DNA of 63,916 bases, counting the filler, from Dimorphilus gyrociliatus (Eukaryota; Animalia; Annelida): the NCBI GenBank assembly GCA_904063045.1. It is 4 parts of 4 records of this genome, joined end to end, with 100 filler letters (N's around TTAATTAATTAA, not from the genome) between each part and the next. Parts side by side here need not be neighbours in the genome. Positions count along the whole stretch, not along the records: positions 15,647 to 45,106 come from CAJFCJ010000140.1; positions 45,207 to 57,793 come from CAJFCJ010000195.1; 2 more parts are not named here. One strand, 5' to 3'. The notes under the pieces are model-generated. The model saw only the letters and a program-made list of their open reading frames with translations. It was not told where the DNA came from and did not search any database. Positions within the stretch are counted from its first letter, which is position 1, and each line of letters opens with the position of its first letter. Positions 40,028-51,116 of this stretch are shown one piece after another. The translations under genes were made by a program, and so were the position numbers.

Positions 40028-41100
40028 AGACAAAGAGAGTTCAAGAGAGAGGAGAGAAAGAGAGAAAGAATGAAACTTCTTGAATTGATATCCTAACTTC
40101 CAGAAATTCAAAGACCAAAAAATTATGAACTCATAAATATTTCAAATAAAACAAGACTGTTAAATATGTTCCTATGCAATATTACCAATATATACATCAA
40201 CGCCATATATCTATGTGACGGTGTTAGTGATTGTGTATTCAATGAAGATGAAATTAATTGTGTAAATTATTACAATTTTCATTGTCATTCATCTAAAGAA
40301 GAAGAAACGGTTAATTTTTTAAAAGTTTGCAATTTTGTGCGGGACTGTTCTGACAATTCTGATGAATATTTATGCAGTAACACATAATCATATATATATA
40401 AGTATGTAGCTTTTACCCGAGAGCTAAAACTTTACTTTTCTGCAGAATGGAATGAATGTAATGGCGAATTTTTACAGCAAGTTGAAGACCAATTAGTCTA
40501 TGACATTGCATAATAACTTTATAATTACACATTCAAAACAGATCATGCCAAAATGGACAATGCATAGATAAACAACTAATATGCAATAATGAAAGAAATT
40601 GTTTGGATAGTAGTGATGAAAATTGTAATGAAAAGGATTCTTTATTATTAAATTATCAAAAAAGTTGCGTAATGAAAGTTCAAGTTTAATAATAATGATG
40701 ATAATTTTTTAATAAAAAAACACTAGGTTGTAATAAAGGCTATCAATTTGATTGCGATGGTTCTTGCTTACCAAATAATTATTTAAACGATGGAAAAAAT
40801 GACTGTTACTTTGACGATGAATATTCTAATCAAAAGCGAAATGACACAGAATCTAATCTTTGCTTTTATACTATGAATTCAATGAATCAACCAATAACTA
40901 ACCTATTTCTTTTGACCTTGAAATGTAAAAGGTCAACTTGTCCATATGGACAATATATGTGTAGGAGGGATAGATATTGCATTTCTATTGAACAGATTTG
41001 TGATGGTATTCAACAATGTCATTTAGGCGATGATGAAACAGATTGTCGTAAGGGATTAACTCAACAATAGCAACAATAGCAACAATGACAATGATCCCTT
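36166..41100 (+). CDS. Large multi-exon secreted/membrane protein: signal peptide, SRCR-like domains, several LDL-receptor class A repeats
   Basis: Signal-like MIIHFILLIYLTIIQVK. SRCR-like: LICKELGY and QICSFFGFNYG...IKCSINSTSLDDC. LDLa: LCDGVSDCVFNEDEINC, VCNFVRDCSDNSDEYLC, CQNGQCIDKQLICNNERNCLDSSDENC, CPYGQYMCRRDRYCISIEQICDGIQQCHLGDDETDC. The exon structure is not fully resolved. Confidence 0.7.
38646..40025. repeat. Intronic microsatellites: (CT)n ~38646-38665, (AG)n ~39270-39300, (TA)n 39991-40024
   Basis: Read directly from the sequence. Confidence 0.9.
39747..39990. mobile_element. 244-bp TG...CA element (solo-LTR-like or MITE) at a (TA)n tract
   Basis: TA|TGTAGTCG ... CGACTACA|TATATA: 8-bp perfect terminal inverted repeat, GC content above the flanks, followed by (TA)n to ~40024. 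Confidence 0.6.
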
Positions 41101-41656
41101 TTGCTAGATAATCATCTACCTCAAGGTTATTTCAAATGTAGAAATCAGAAATTATAAAGAAATATTTCAGATTTCTTTTGATAATAATTCCTTTACAGAT
41201 GTTGTTGCACTCAGTGAGATAAAATCTTTTAGGTCTTTTATGAATAAAAGTGAAAATGATTGACAATTTCTCTATTCCCAACAAATGTAGAAAAACTCTT
41301 TGACCATGTTCTAAATCTCCAATATATATTTTAATCTACTAGAATTATATTAATTATATCTTCCGCTAGATGGAGTATTTTACTTAGGTAACTTGAAACT
41401 ACAGTAGTATTTATAAAGAAATTAAATGTAGATAATTTTTCAAAGATCTAGAGTGTCTTAGTTTCCAATGCAATAACATTTATAAAAATTACGCCTATAC
41501 ATTTAATAAACAATGGTTTAGAACTTCAAATAACAAAAATGAAGAAACGTTTTTGAGGAAACAATTTAAAACCAATTATTTTCTCTCTATATATATATAT
41601 ATATATTTATATATAACGCTAATAGAAACTATATTTCATCTAAAGTCCTATGAATA

Positions 41657-42613
41657 ATGAATGAAACAGTTGAATTTAGGTTTAGTCAGCATACAACGGA
41701 TTTAAATACAATGTTTAAAACAAAAAATATTATGATATTTAGTATTCTATCATCTATTTATGGATTTTTTATTGTATTTGGAATTTTTGGGAATATTTTA
41801 AATATTATTTTACTTGGTAAATTGGATAAACATTTAAATTCAAATCAGTATAGATATTTTTTAAAATATCTTGCATGGATTGACCTATTTTCCTGTACAA
41901 TTTCTCTGCCATTAATCTATCATAGAGAAATTCAAAATCATTTTTTACCAATAACAAATCCAATAATTTGTAGTTTAACAATAATTTTATCACATGTATT
42001 TCCTTGGATATCAGCAAATGTACTGTTATTAATATCTATAGAAAGATTTCTAGTAGTTGTAAAACCATATAGAAGACTTAGCAAAAGAAATTGGCAATTA
42101 ATATCATTCATGTATTCATTATTAGTATTAATTTTATGTATTTTATATTCATTGAACAATCAGTCTTTTCTAGGTAATTATTTTTGTTATCCTTCTGGCA
42201 CTAGTCATTTAATTGGAAAAATTGCTGTCTGCATTACAGTATGTTTAACATTAATAATACTTTTTACTTCAATTGTATTATATTCATTAATGTTTTATCA
42301 TATAAGAAAACAAAGACTTTTAGTTTTAAATAACCAAAATAGTAATTTACAAACAATAAATTCAAATAGATTTAATAAGAGAACTAGTTGTAAAATAATA
42401 AAACAGGTAGTTATATGTTTTTATCTTATTATTCTATATGCTATTTGTACAACACCTTCATTTCTATTAGCCACAAAAATAATCCAATTAAAAGAATCCA
42501 TGTATTATCATATTATCTATATAAATAATACAATTAATTTTATTGTCTATTTTATTAAATTGAAATCTTTTAGACAAAAATTAAAATCTCTTTTTAAATG
42601 CTTTTGTTGTTGA
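41657..42613 (+). CDS. Intronless rhodopsin-family (class A) GPCR, orphan peptide-receptor-like
   Basis: Seven hydrophobic segments. Motifs: N-glycosylation site NET, TM1 GN, TM2 LAWIDL, TM3 C...ISIERFLVVVKP, TM6 ICTTP, TM7 NNTINFIVY, C-terminal CFCC. Confidence 0.93.
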   Translation: MNETVEFRFSQHTTDLNTMFKTKNIMIFSILSSIYGFFIVFGIFGNILNIILLGKLDKHLNSNQYRYFLKYLAWIDLFSCTISLPLIYHREIQNHFLPITNPIICSLTIILSHVFPWISANVLLLISIERFLVVVKPYRRLSKRNWQLISFMYSLLVLILCILYSLNNQSFLGNYFCYPSGTSHLIGKIAVCITVCLTLIILFTSIVLYSLMFYHIRKQRLLVLNNQNSNLQTINSNRFNKRTSCKIIKQVVICFYLIILYAICTTPSFLLATKIIQLKESMYYHIIYINNTINFIVYFIKLKSFRQKLKSLFKCFCC

Positions 42614-45106
42614 AAACAAAAAGAAAGATTCAAAATATAACACTTTTATATTTATGATTTCAACCACATCATCCTTTATTACAGCTATATTCTACTAGCA
42701 GTATAGACTGCCTGATTAGAATATTAGAATTTTATAATTCTTATATTTAAACTAGTTTGCCAGATAAAACGTTCTATTGAAATTTTCTAAGCTCTTGTCA
42801 TATTTTAAGGCGACTTTGTCTCCTCTCTGCTTAGTTTTACTGCAATTGGCTAATCTGAACATTGAAAGATAAATTTTACTCTTCACATATTAGTCTATGT
42901 TGGAATATTGTCTACTTTTCTTCTAACTTTGAATTTTTTGGGAGAAATACAATCGAGTTTGCTGAGTAAGAGAGAAGAATGATGGAGAGCAAGACTAAAG
43001 TCAATTTTAGAATTGGAAGAAAAGTTGGAAAACGTTCTAAAGGGTAAGAACCGTATAGTATACAATTTTATCTTGCTTTATTATTCAATATGCTGATTTT
43101 GTTGTTCATTTGACAATAGTGAAAAGATATCAACCGCTTGTTTTTTCACAAGCCCACAAGTGAAAACTATCTTTGACCTCAATCTGCTGTCTTCTTCCCA
43201 CCTGATAAGAAAAAATGAGTTGCCATGATTTTTTCACGCTTAACATTAAACATTATAAAATGATATGAAAGAAATATTGAACTGCATCTAAATTAGAGAC
43301 TAAATATGTATTTGTAATCAGTTTATTAAAAGGCAAATTTAACAGAAAGCTAATGATACAATTCAAAAAAAAAAGGAAATATTCTATATAAAAAATATCT
43401 ATTAATAGATATAAATAACTTCATTTAATTTTAATAATGTTAACTTAAGACATTTTGTTGATTTTACTTTTCTAATCAATGGAAATTGTACAAGAATAGT
43501 TCTGATAAATTGACCATACTGTAAAATATCAACTTTCTCATTGTCAATATTCTTTACAACAATATTCTTGAAAAGTTAGAAAATATTTCTTTGGTTTTGA
43601 ATTAATCTAATAAAAGAAAAAGTGAAATTTGATAATTTTTTACTTGATTATTCAACTTCCAGATTGATAACAAACAAAATTTTTTCCAATATTACCTAAA
43701 TTGCTTCAAAAAATGAATTATAGGTTAAATTCAAAAATTGAAAAGATTTTTCTCTCTATCGTGAAATTTTCAAGTAATTTTTTTACCTTACAACCAACTA
43801 AGAAATAAAATATTATTCAGGAGGACAGGACACATTGGTAACTTTTGAATAAGTATTTAACAACTTTTCCAACTGATTTTTTACTTACAGCATTGTAATT
43901 CGTCCGACTTATCGCTGCAATCGATAATAAAATCACATGTCTGAAAAATTGAGATTTTCTCCTCTCCATTGGAGCATAAAAAGAAATCAATTGAACAACC
44001 TCTCTCATAATTAATCAGACTTATAGGCCTATTATGTGTATCTAGTATTTTTCATACCTTTCCGCGAACATATCGTTTTGTGAATTGGACAATACGAATA
44101 GTTCATTGAATTTAAGTGTTGAGCCATTGAAAAACTATTCATATTTTGAGTGACACTCAGTTCTTTTGACTATAATTAAAAATGAACATTTTTTCTTATA
44201 TTACTTGCTTAGAAATATCTGACAAACATAGAAATTGTATCTTCTCTCTTTACAATTTCTTACATTTCCTTTTCTGAAGAAAACATTTAGACCATAATAA
44301 TTTGCAAAAAATTCCATACAATCTTCACTTGTTAAACTATCGTATGATTTTTCCAGGAACGTCTGTTTGTCGGGGGAGGATACAAATCGAATAGATCAAT
44401 TCCTGATACTAGCATCGACGATCTCTTAGCGTATGATTTAACAAACTTATTCCGTTGAATGTGATGTTTAAAAGCTTTTAAATGGAAGAATTTTTATGAT
44501 GTAAAAATGTAATAGCACAGATCAAATATATAATAACTATCCATAAGAAATTAATAAAGATAAGAGCTTGAAGGAAATTTCTCAAACCTTCAAATTTTTC
44601 TTTAATACATTTAATTTGTAAAATTGGTGGCTTTCAGATGCTTTAGGAAAATACAGCAAAAAAATAATAAAAAGCCTTTGAACCTTTTGTGTCTATTGTC
44701 TCTCCTGTTGGAGTGATTAATCTGTACAAGATGCTTGAATAATCTAAAAAAAGTCTTACTGTTGATTTTTTATAGCGATGAACAAGAGGATGTATTGTGG
44801 CATTTGAAACAATAATTGCAATAGAATTATAAGCGTAGGTGTGGAAGAGAGACAATACAATCAGGGTTGCGTGTTATATCTTTTCACTCCAGAATACTTT
44901 CTAAGCCAGCTGCAAATGCAGTTTAACAAAAGACAAAAATTCTAAACAATTCATTATTTATATGTTAAACTTTGTAGGAAAACGTTTGGTAAAGACAAAT
45001 TAATACTGAATAGTAAAGATAAATTGATAAAGTTTTACCTGTTTATCTTAAATAATTAAAAGGTTACATTTAGAAAAGTGTTTCTTTTTCATCTTGTATT
45101 CTAGAT

Positions 45107-45206
45107 NNNNNNNNNNNNNNNNNNNNNNNNNNNNNNNNNNNNNNNNNNNNTTAATTAATTAANNNNNNNNNNNNNNNNNNNNNNNNNNNNNNNNNNNNNN
45201 NNNNNN
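45107..45206. other. Artificial contig spacer
   Basis: 44 N + TTAATTAATTAA + 44 N. Confidence 0.98.
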
Positions 45207-46510
45207 ATCTCTCCAATGTTTAATGAAATCAATTATATATATATTTGAGAAAGAGGAAAGTAACATATAAAACCTATTCAATACATTAATATTGTATTAG
45301 CTAACTTTTGTTTTAGGTAAAAAAAACTTTACAGCTCTATAATGAAAAATTTTCACTGAGTTGTAATGTAAGATTAAACTTTAAGGAAAAAACTTTTTAG
45401 AAGAAATAATAAGAAATAAAAATGTGATCATAACCTTATTTAAATAAATCCCACTTGAAAAATATCAACATTTTTAGTGAATTATAAAAGGGAAATATAT
45501 TAAAGTTTGAAGCACTGTAGCTCAAAAACTACAAAAGATAATTGAATTCAAATAGAATATACTGTATATAACTCTAACTTTATAAGGAAAATGTAGCTGA
45601 CATTAACTGACCCCTGCTGAAAAACCATAATAGATTGTTAAATTTTGTAAAAAAATTCAAAATTGGAATACCTAATCTAAATGCTCTTCAATCAAAATAA
45701 AAGACAATATATATTTTCTGTACATTTATAGGTTTAGGAATATTTTATTCTTCAACTTCTTGATGGTAAGAAAAAGGACTATAACTGAATATTTAAATGT
45801 AAGCTATATACATCAATTTTTTTATTATATATATATTTAAAAGAATTGTGTTTTTATGATTGGCATTATCATACTATTCTAAATACAGAATTACAAACAT
45901 GTAACTTAATTAACAACAGAGTTAGTCCAGCCATGATGAATATTTCCTATGGGCCTATATGTAAGAAATAACAAGCATAATTTGATGGTGCTATAACTCT
46001 GGAACTGTAAGAGATAACTGAATTCTGTAAAAAGATTTGAGATTGGCGTAGTGATATTAGTATATGCACCAAATTTGAAAGCTCTAACTTAAATATTAAC
46101 AAATTTGATTTTTTTATGACGAATATTTTTGATTGATGTAAGCCAATAACAGTGTTAAAATAGAACATTTATAAGAATCCATATCTCAGCAACTGCCTGG
46201 CCGATTTTGATGAAATTTGAAGTAAAATTAATGACAGAATGAGACTATATCAAATTAAAATGAATCAAAATTGTAAAAGTTAATTGTAAGAAAAGTTTTA
46301 ATATTTTTTGTTTAAAAAATGTTTTATTTAAGAAGAAGCTATATAAAAATTAGAAAAAAAGAAATGTCTTTAAACTAAAATTAAAAACATACAAAGGAAA
46401 AACAAATACATTTTAAAACAGTTTTCAACTGTTTTTGCTATTTCTTTCTAATTTTTTTTAACAACAGTTAAAAAATCAAACTATACCTATAGGCTCAAGC
46501 CAAAAAAAAT

Positions 46511-46633
46511 GGGGGTCAACTGTCCTGGGGGTCAACTGTCCATGGGGGTCAACTGTCCTACTTGGGGTCAACTGTCTGGGCGTCAACTGTCCTAATGGGG
46601 GTCAACTGTCCAGGGGTCAACTGTCCTGTACCC
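46511..46633. repeat. Array of 7 x GGGGTCAACTGTCC (14-18 nt units); probable lone structured TIR arm
   Basis: Seven copies end in ...ACTGTCCTGTACCC. The layout matches the arms of MITE family B, but no partner arm is visible in the contig. Confidence 0.7.
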
Positions 46634-47466
46634 ATGTATGTAAACAAGTTGTGGATTGTTAGGGAAAAACCAGTTTATAGTATTCCTAACAGTTTGTTAG
46701 ATGCCATTTTGCTCAGTATTAATAATATATTTGTTTCTATAATCTGAAAAACATTGATTACAATAAACATTTTCTTTATAAAACATGGGTTAGTCAAAAA
46801 CCATTCTATCAAGCACAAACTTTGATGCTTAATATCTCTAATTCCAAGCCCACAATTTTTTTTAATTTTTGATATGTGTTTTAGTAATATGTTATAAGGC
46901 TATATTCAAAAAATAACAAAAATTGTGGGTGTGGGTTCTGAGCTAGAGGTCAAAACGTAGAAAAAAACATCATTTTTTCCTATTTTACACCTCAAACATA
47001 TAGGTTGCTTCAAAATTTCTAAATTTTGAATCCAATTTATTACTGTACACCTTCAAATTGTTCAATTTCTAAAAAAAAAATTGAAAAAAAAAGAAAAAAA
47101 TTTTTAATCGTTAATTTTCTTTCTCCAATATCTCAGCCTACAGATGACAGCAGATGAAAAGACTTTAGTAAATTATTTGTTAGGCATATATATACAAGTT
47201 GGCATACTCAACTAAAAAGGAACCCCCCTGTAACTCTAACCCCTAACTCTAACCAAAAACATTACCAGAGTTGTGTGAGTGGCCTAACCCATAACCCTTA
47301 CCAAACCCTAACATTTTTAAGCTAGTACTGTAAAACTAGTTTTAAACTAGTTATGCTTAAAATAAACCTGAAGAATATTGACAGTAGAAAACTTTCAAAA
47401 TTTCAATATATCTTAATGTAAACTTAAAATAATATTTCTTAAAAAAAGCCAACATTTTTTTTGCAT

Positions 47467-47670
47467 GGGGGTGCGAACGTACCCATGGCCAGTTGAAGCC
47501 TACCTTAATATATCTGAAATTGAGTGTTAATATCTCTGTTTTTTATATTCCCTAACCCTAAATTGGAGCCCCTCTAACAATAAATTCATCCAAATATTAA
47601 AACTAACCCTTTCCTAAAATGTTTTCATGGTTGGAAATATTTGCTAACAGGTACGTTCGCACCTGACCCC
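47467..47670. mobile_element. Short TIR element (204 bp) flanked by a 13-bp direct repeat ATTTTTTTTGCAT
   Basis: GGGG(----)GTGCGAACGTACC ... GGTACGTTCGCACCTGACCCC. The direct repeat lies at 47454-47466 and 47671-47683. Confidence 0.75.
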
Positions 47671-47909
47671 ATTTTTTTTGCATCCTATGAAATACAAGTA
47701 TTTCTATTGTTGCACCATTCTAATTCATATGAAACAGAAGTCCTTGACCTTTTTCTATATTTGTATTTTCAAATTGTAAATCTTTTTTACTATTGAGTAG
47801 TATTGAACATGCTATAATACTTTGCACAACAATTATGAACCAGATATAAAGCTTCTTTGTATACCTCTATTAATACTAAATTCACTATGCCTCTATTGTA
47901 TCCTACACA

Positions 47910-48425
47910 GGGTAAGGTTAGGGTTAATTATGTTTGAACTAGACATTGAGATCTGTGTTCTGATGACAGTTGAATAAGTTCCACAAAAAGTTTAGATCTT
48001 GGGGTTAGGGATTAGCACAATCAGTACAGACTGGTAATCCCAAAAGTGCACACACACTTATAACCAAGCTTTTGCTAAGGGTTGGTGTAGCTATTGAGGA
48101 GTTGCTATCTTGAGTAGCAGTTCCCCAGCCTAAGCTGTAACTGTATCTCCAACAGAAGCACAATCACAAATTCTCAACAAGGGTGAAGACAACCTGTGCT
48201 GCAATAAATAACTACCTTAAAACAATAATACAAATTAAAAGAAAAATCAATGGACTTATGATGTGAAGTGTGCTTGGTCTATATTGTACAATAAGTTCTT
48301 ACTCTTGCATTCCAATATGGGATCTTCTGAAAGTTTGGTGGAAGTTATTCAACTTTCATCAGAACTCAGATCTTAGTGTCTAGTTCAAACATACATATAA
48401 CCCTACCTAACCCTAACCCTAACCC
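47910..48425. repeat. Cluster of an interspersed repeat family bounded by degenerate TTAGGG/CCCTAA tracts
   Basis: 47910-47995 and 48290-48425 are inverted copies of the body at 49575-49700 (GTTTGAACTAGACACTAAG...). 47996-48200 matches 55246-55450. Confidence 0.85.
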
Positions 48426-48693
48426 AGGATGACAGCTTTGCAGGGATTAATCTCCTTCTGGAGATTCAAAGAGAGATTGACAGTGAATAAAGGGAAAAAT
48501 AGGACAGACATACAATATGGGTAGGAACCTGCACTTTCAATTTGAAAAGGGTTTTTAACTATGAATAAGGTGAAATATTTAAAAATTTTATATATAAACC
48601 TGTTTTTAACATGAAATCATTGACATATTAAATTTCTTTTCAGTAGTTTCAATTGCTAAACTAAATTCTACAAAGTAAAGTAAATATTCCAGG

Positions 48694-48998
48694 ATGAAGA
48701 CTGTAATAGCCATTTGCTGCATACTACTTTTCATTCATCAGGCACTGTCTTATCCTTTGCTAAATGATCTATTGGCTGAACTTGCTGAAAGAGAAATTGG
48801 ATTGGATGACAGTGATCTGAATATGGAATTTGCACTGGTAAAAGTATAATTCCATTTAAAGTGATATTTTAATTTAGTATTTCAATATAGAGAGAACAAG
48901 CAAGCTACACCAACTGTCGCAGTTGCTCAATATCCAGGAAATCTTTTTGTAATTCCATTGCACGCTCATGCAGAAGCAGATTTAACATTAAATTTTAA
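48694..48998 (+). CDS. Two-exon 83-aa secreted prepropeptide: signal, acidic propiece, cationic 4-Cys mature peptide (antimicrobial peptide or toxin-like)
   Basis: Exon 1 48694-48837, GT-AG intron 48838-48890 (phase 0), exon 2 48891-48998. MKTVIAICCILLFIHQALS-YPLLNDLLAELAEREIGLDDSDLNMEFAL/R-EQASYTNCRSCSISRKSFCNSIARSCRSRFNIKF, followed by TAA TGA TAA. Confidence 0.82.
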
Positions 48999-49820
48999 TG
49001 ATAACTGTGCATGAAAAAGATTCTAAATGTCTTTTCTTAAAAAATAAAAGCAAAGTTTAAAAAAACAAACTTTTGTCATATTTTAGAATTGTAGATAAAA
49101 GAGAGAATATAAGAGTTTGAGTTAGAGTTTTAAAATGTTAACTAGAAATTTAGACCTAATCTCTGGCAGACATTGAATTACTTTCCCCATAGAGCTCAGA
49201 AATTGTAACATTATAAAATTAACTTAAATTTACTGCGATTTCAATGTGCATTGAAGCAGGGTTCTAGCTATGATTGTATAGAATTCATATTAATGTGAAA
49301 TATTTATCAAATATGGCTAGTCTACTATTGCTCTTACAACATGGGTGCGGCTGAAGGTTAAATTTTGAGTTTCTAAACAAAATGTCATTGTCATAACAAA
49401 AATCAACAAAATTAAAAAGCAAAGTTGAATATAGTTGAATACTCTGCTTACTTTGGCTTAAACACATTTAGATAAAAACATTTAAAGATGTATAAAGAAA
49501 TTAGGGTTAGGTCTTGGTTAGGTCTTGGGGTTAGGGTTTGCCAATCCAGTATAGATTAGGGTTAGGTTAGGGTTTATATATAGGTTTGAACTAGACACTA
49601 AGGTCTCAGTTCTGATGAAAGTCAAATAACTTCCACCAAACTTTCAGAAGATCCCATAATGAAATGGAATGCAAGAGTAAGAACTTATTGTACATTTTAA
49701 AACAAGTACTCTTCCCATCACTAATCAATTTATGTCTGTTTGTTTGTTTTTGATTTGGTTTTAAATTGCAATAGTATGTTTAACCTAGGATATATTAATC
49801 TAGATGGTTGCCAAGTATGG

Positions 49821-49875
49821 TTGACCTACCATGGTTTCGTCTTCCCCTTTTAATGCAAAGACTCATCAGGGTCAA
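49821..49875 (-). ncRNA. Type I hammerhead ribozyme with palindromic stem III (minimal/dimer-type)
   Basis: Minus strand: TTGACC CTGATGA GTCTTT GCATTAAAAGGG GAAGAC GAA ACCATGGT A GGTCAA. Stem I TTGACC/GGTCAA is 6 bp, stem II is 5 bp plus G-U, and all core nucleotides are present. The cleavage triplet is GUA. Confidence 0.9.
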
Positions 49876-50159
49876 TTCAGAGGATAGTATAACCTAAGAA
49901 CTATCTTGAAGGGGAGGAAAGGACCAATTTTATAATTGAATCCTTCCTTGCAAGAATGTTCTTGTTGTATGGATGTTGAAATTGTATGTGTATTTGTACG
50001 TGTATATATGTATGGATGAATATCAACCATAGAAGTTGATTCTTTGTAATGCTTGTCAATAAGATGACTTTTGTTTTGTAATATCTAGTTGCTTACTTTT
50101 CAGTTATTGAAATTTTCTTTGGTCTGATATACAGTTATTTGCCTAATGTTTTTTTTTGT

Positions 50160-51116
50160 GGGAACAACAGAAGTCGCCCAGGGCAGAAGTCGCCCAGGAC
50201 AGAAGTCGCCCAGAAATTGATAGAAGTCGCCCAGAGCTGTGACAGAAGTCGCCCAGAACTGTGATAGAAGTCGCCCAGGACTATGACAGAAGTCGCCTAG
50301 AACTGTAGAAGACATAATGTGTTTGTTCTTTGTTTCTATTGATTTCTGACAATTGAAATATATAATAAGTATTAATAAATATAGAATGCATCATTTAATA
50401 ATAACTAAATAGTGAATGAATTAAATAATAAAATACTGGCATTCTGTTGAAGGTTTCACATAAATATCATTTATTTGCTTAAACTTGTGCACAAACTTGA
50501 GGTTCTATTTGGATCAGTACAGCAGAAAATTCCCACAATCACAATACAAAGTACAGTATTGAGTTTTAAACTAAAAATCTTATGCATTTCATTTAATTTA
50601 TTAAATTTGTTTCTACATTCAAAGCAGAATTTTGCCATGTTGATAAATTTCTTTCAAATACCTGTTATGTCAAAGATCATGAGAATTAAAAAAAAATTGT
50701 AAGATATATACATGATTTTAAAGAGACTAATATTTTTATCAAAACAATTGTTACTTTTGAAGGATTACAATGCAGAAAATCACTTAATTCGAATAGCTAA
50801 CAATTCAATTTTCACAACAAATCAAGTGGTAAAACATTACTCTACAAAAAAAACTGGTAAAACAATTTCTTTCATTATCACTCAGAGATTACAAATAATA
50901 AATACAAACTACTTCATAAATTATTTTCATATATTTTGCATTTTATTAAGCATACTGTAAACTTCTAGTACACTTCTGGGCGACTTCTGTCATATTCCTG
51001 GGTGACTTCTATCACACTTCTGGGTGACTTCTGTCACAGCTCTGGGCGACTTCTATCAATGTCTGGGCGACTTCTGTCCTGGGCGACTTCTGCCCTGGGC
51101 GACTTCTGTCGTATTC
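50160..51116. mobile_element. MITE family B (957 bp), Mutator/Phantom-like structured TIRs, 9-bp TSD TTTTTTTGT
   Basis: Each arm has 7 copies of AGAAGTCGCCCAG in inverted orientation. The TSD lies at 50151-50159 and 51117-51125. Confidence 0.93.

Noticed and set aside
36166-42613. LDLa-repeat gene and downstream GPCR as one GRL101-like receptor
   Set aside because: The GPCR has an in-frame stop two codons before its own ATG, a short glycosylated N-terminus, and a TM region unlike LRR-GPCRs. No convincing splice link is visible.
42700-45106. Possible minus-strand multi-exon gene remnants (for example 44643-44855)
   Set aside because: The fragments are protein-like, but I could not recognise a domain or build a consistent exon chain.
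49501-49574. TTAGGG tracts as true telomeres or telomere fusions
   Set aside because: The tracts are short, degenerate, internal and embedded in dispersed repeats.
49611-49660. CTGATGA motifs in the tailed repeat (also 47960, 48357) as further hammerheads
   Set aside because: The hairpin after CTGATGA is followed by TCAG or CCAC rather than GAAA, and no stem I/III pairing can be built.
50160-50310. Regularly spaced GAAGTCGCCC repeats as a CRISPR array
   Set aside because: Spacers are only a few nt, the array is mirrored ~800 bp away as a TIR with a 9-bp TSD, there are no cas genes, and the context is eukaryotic.
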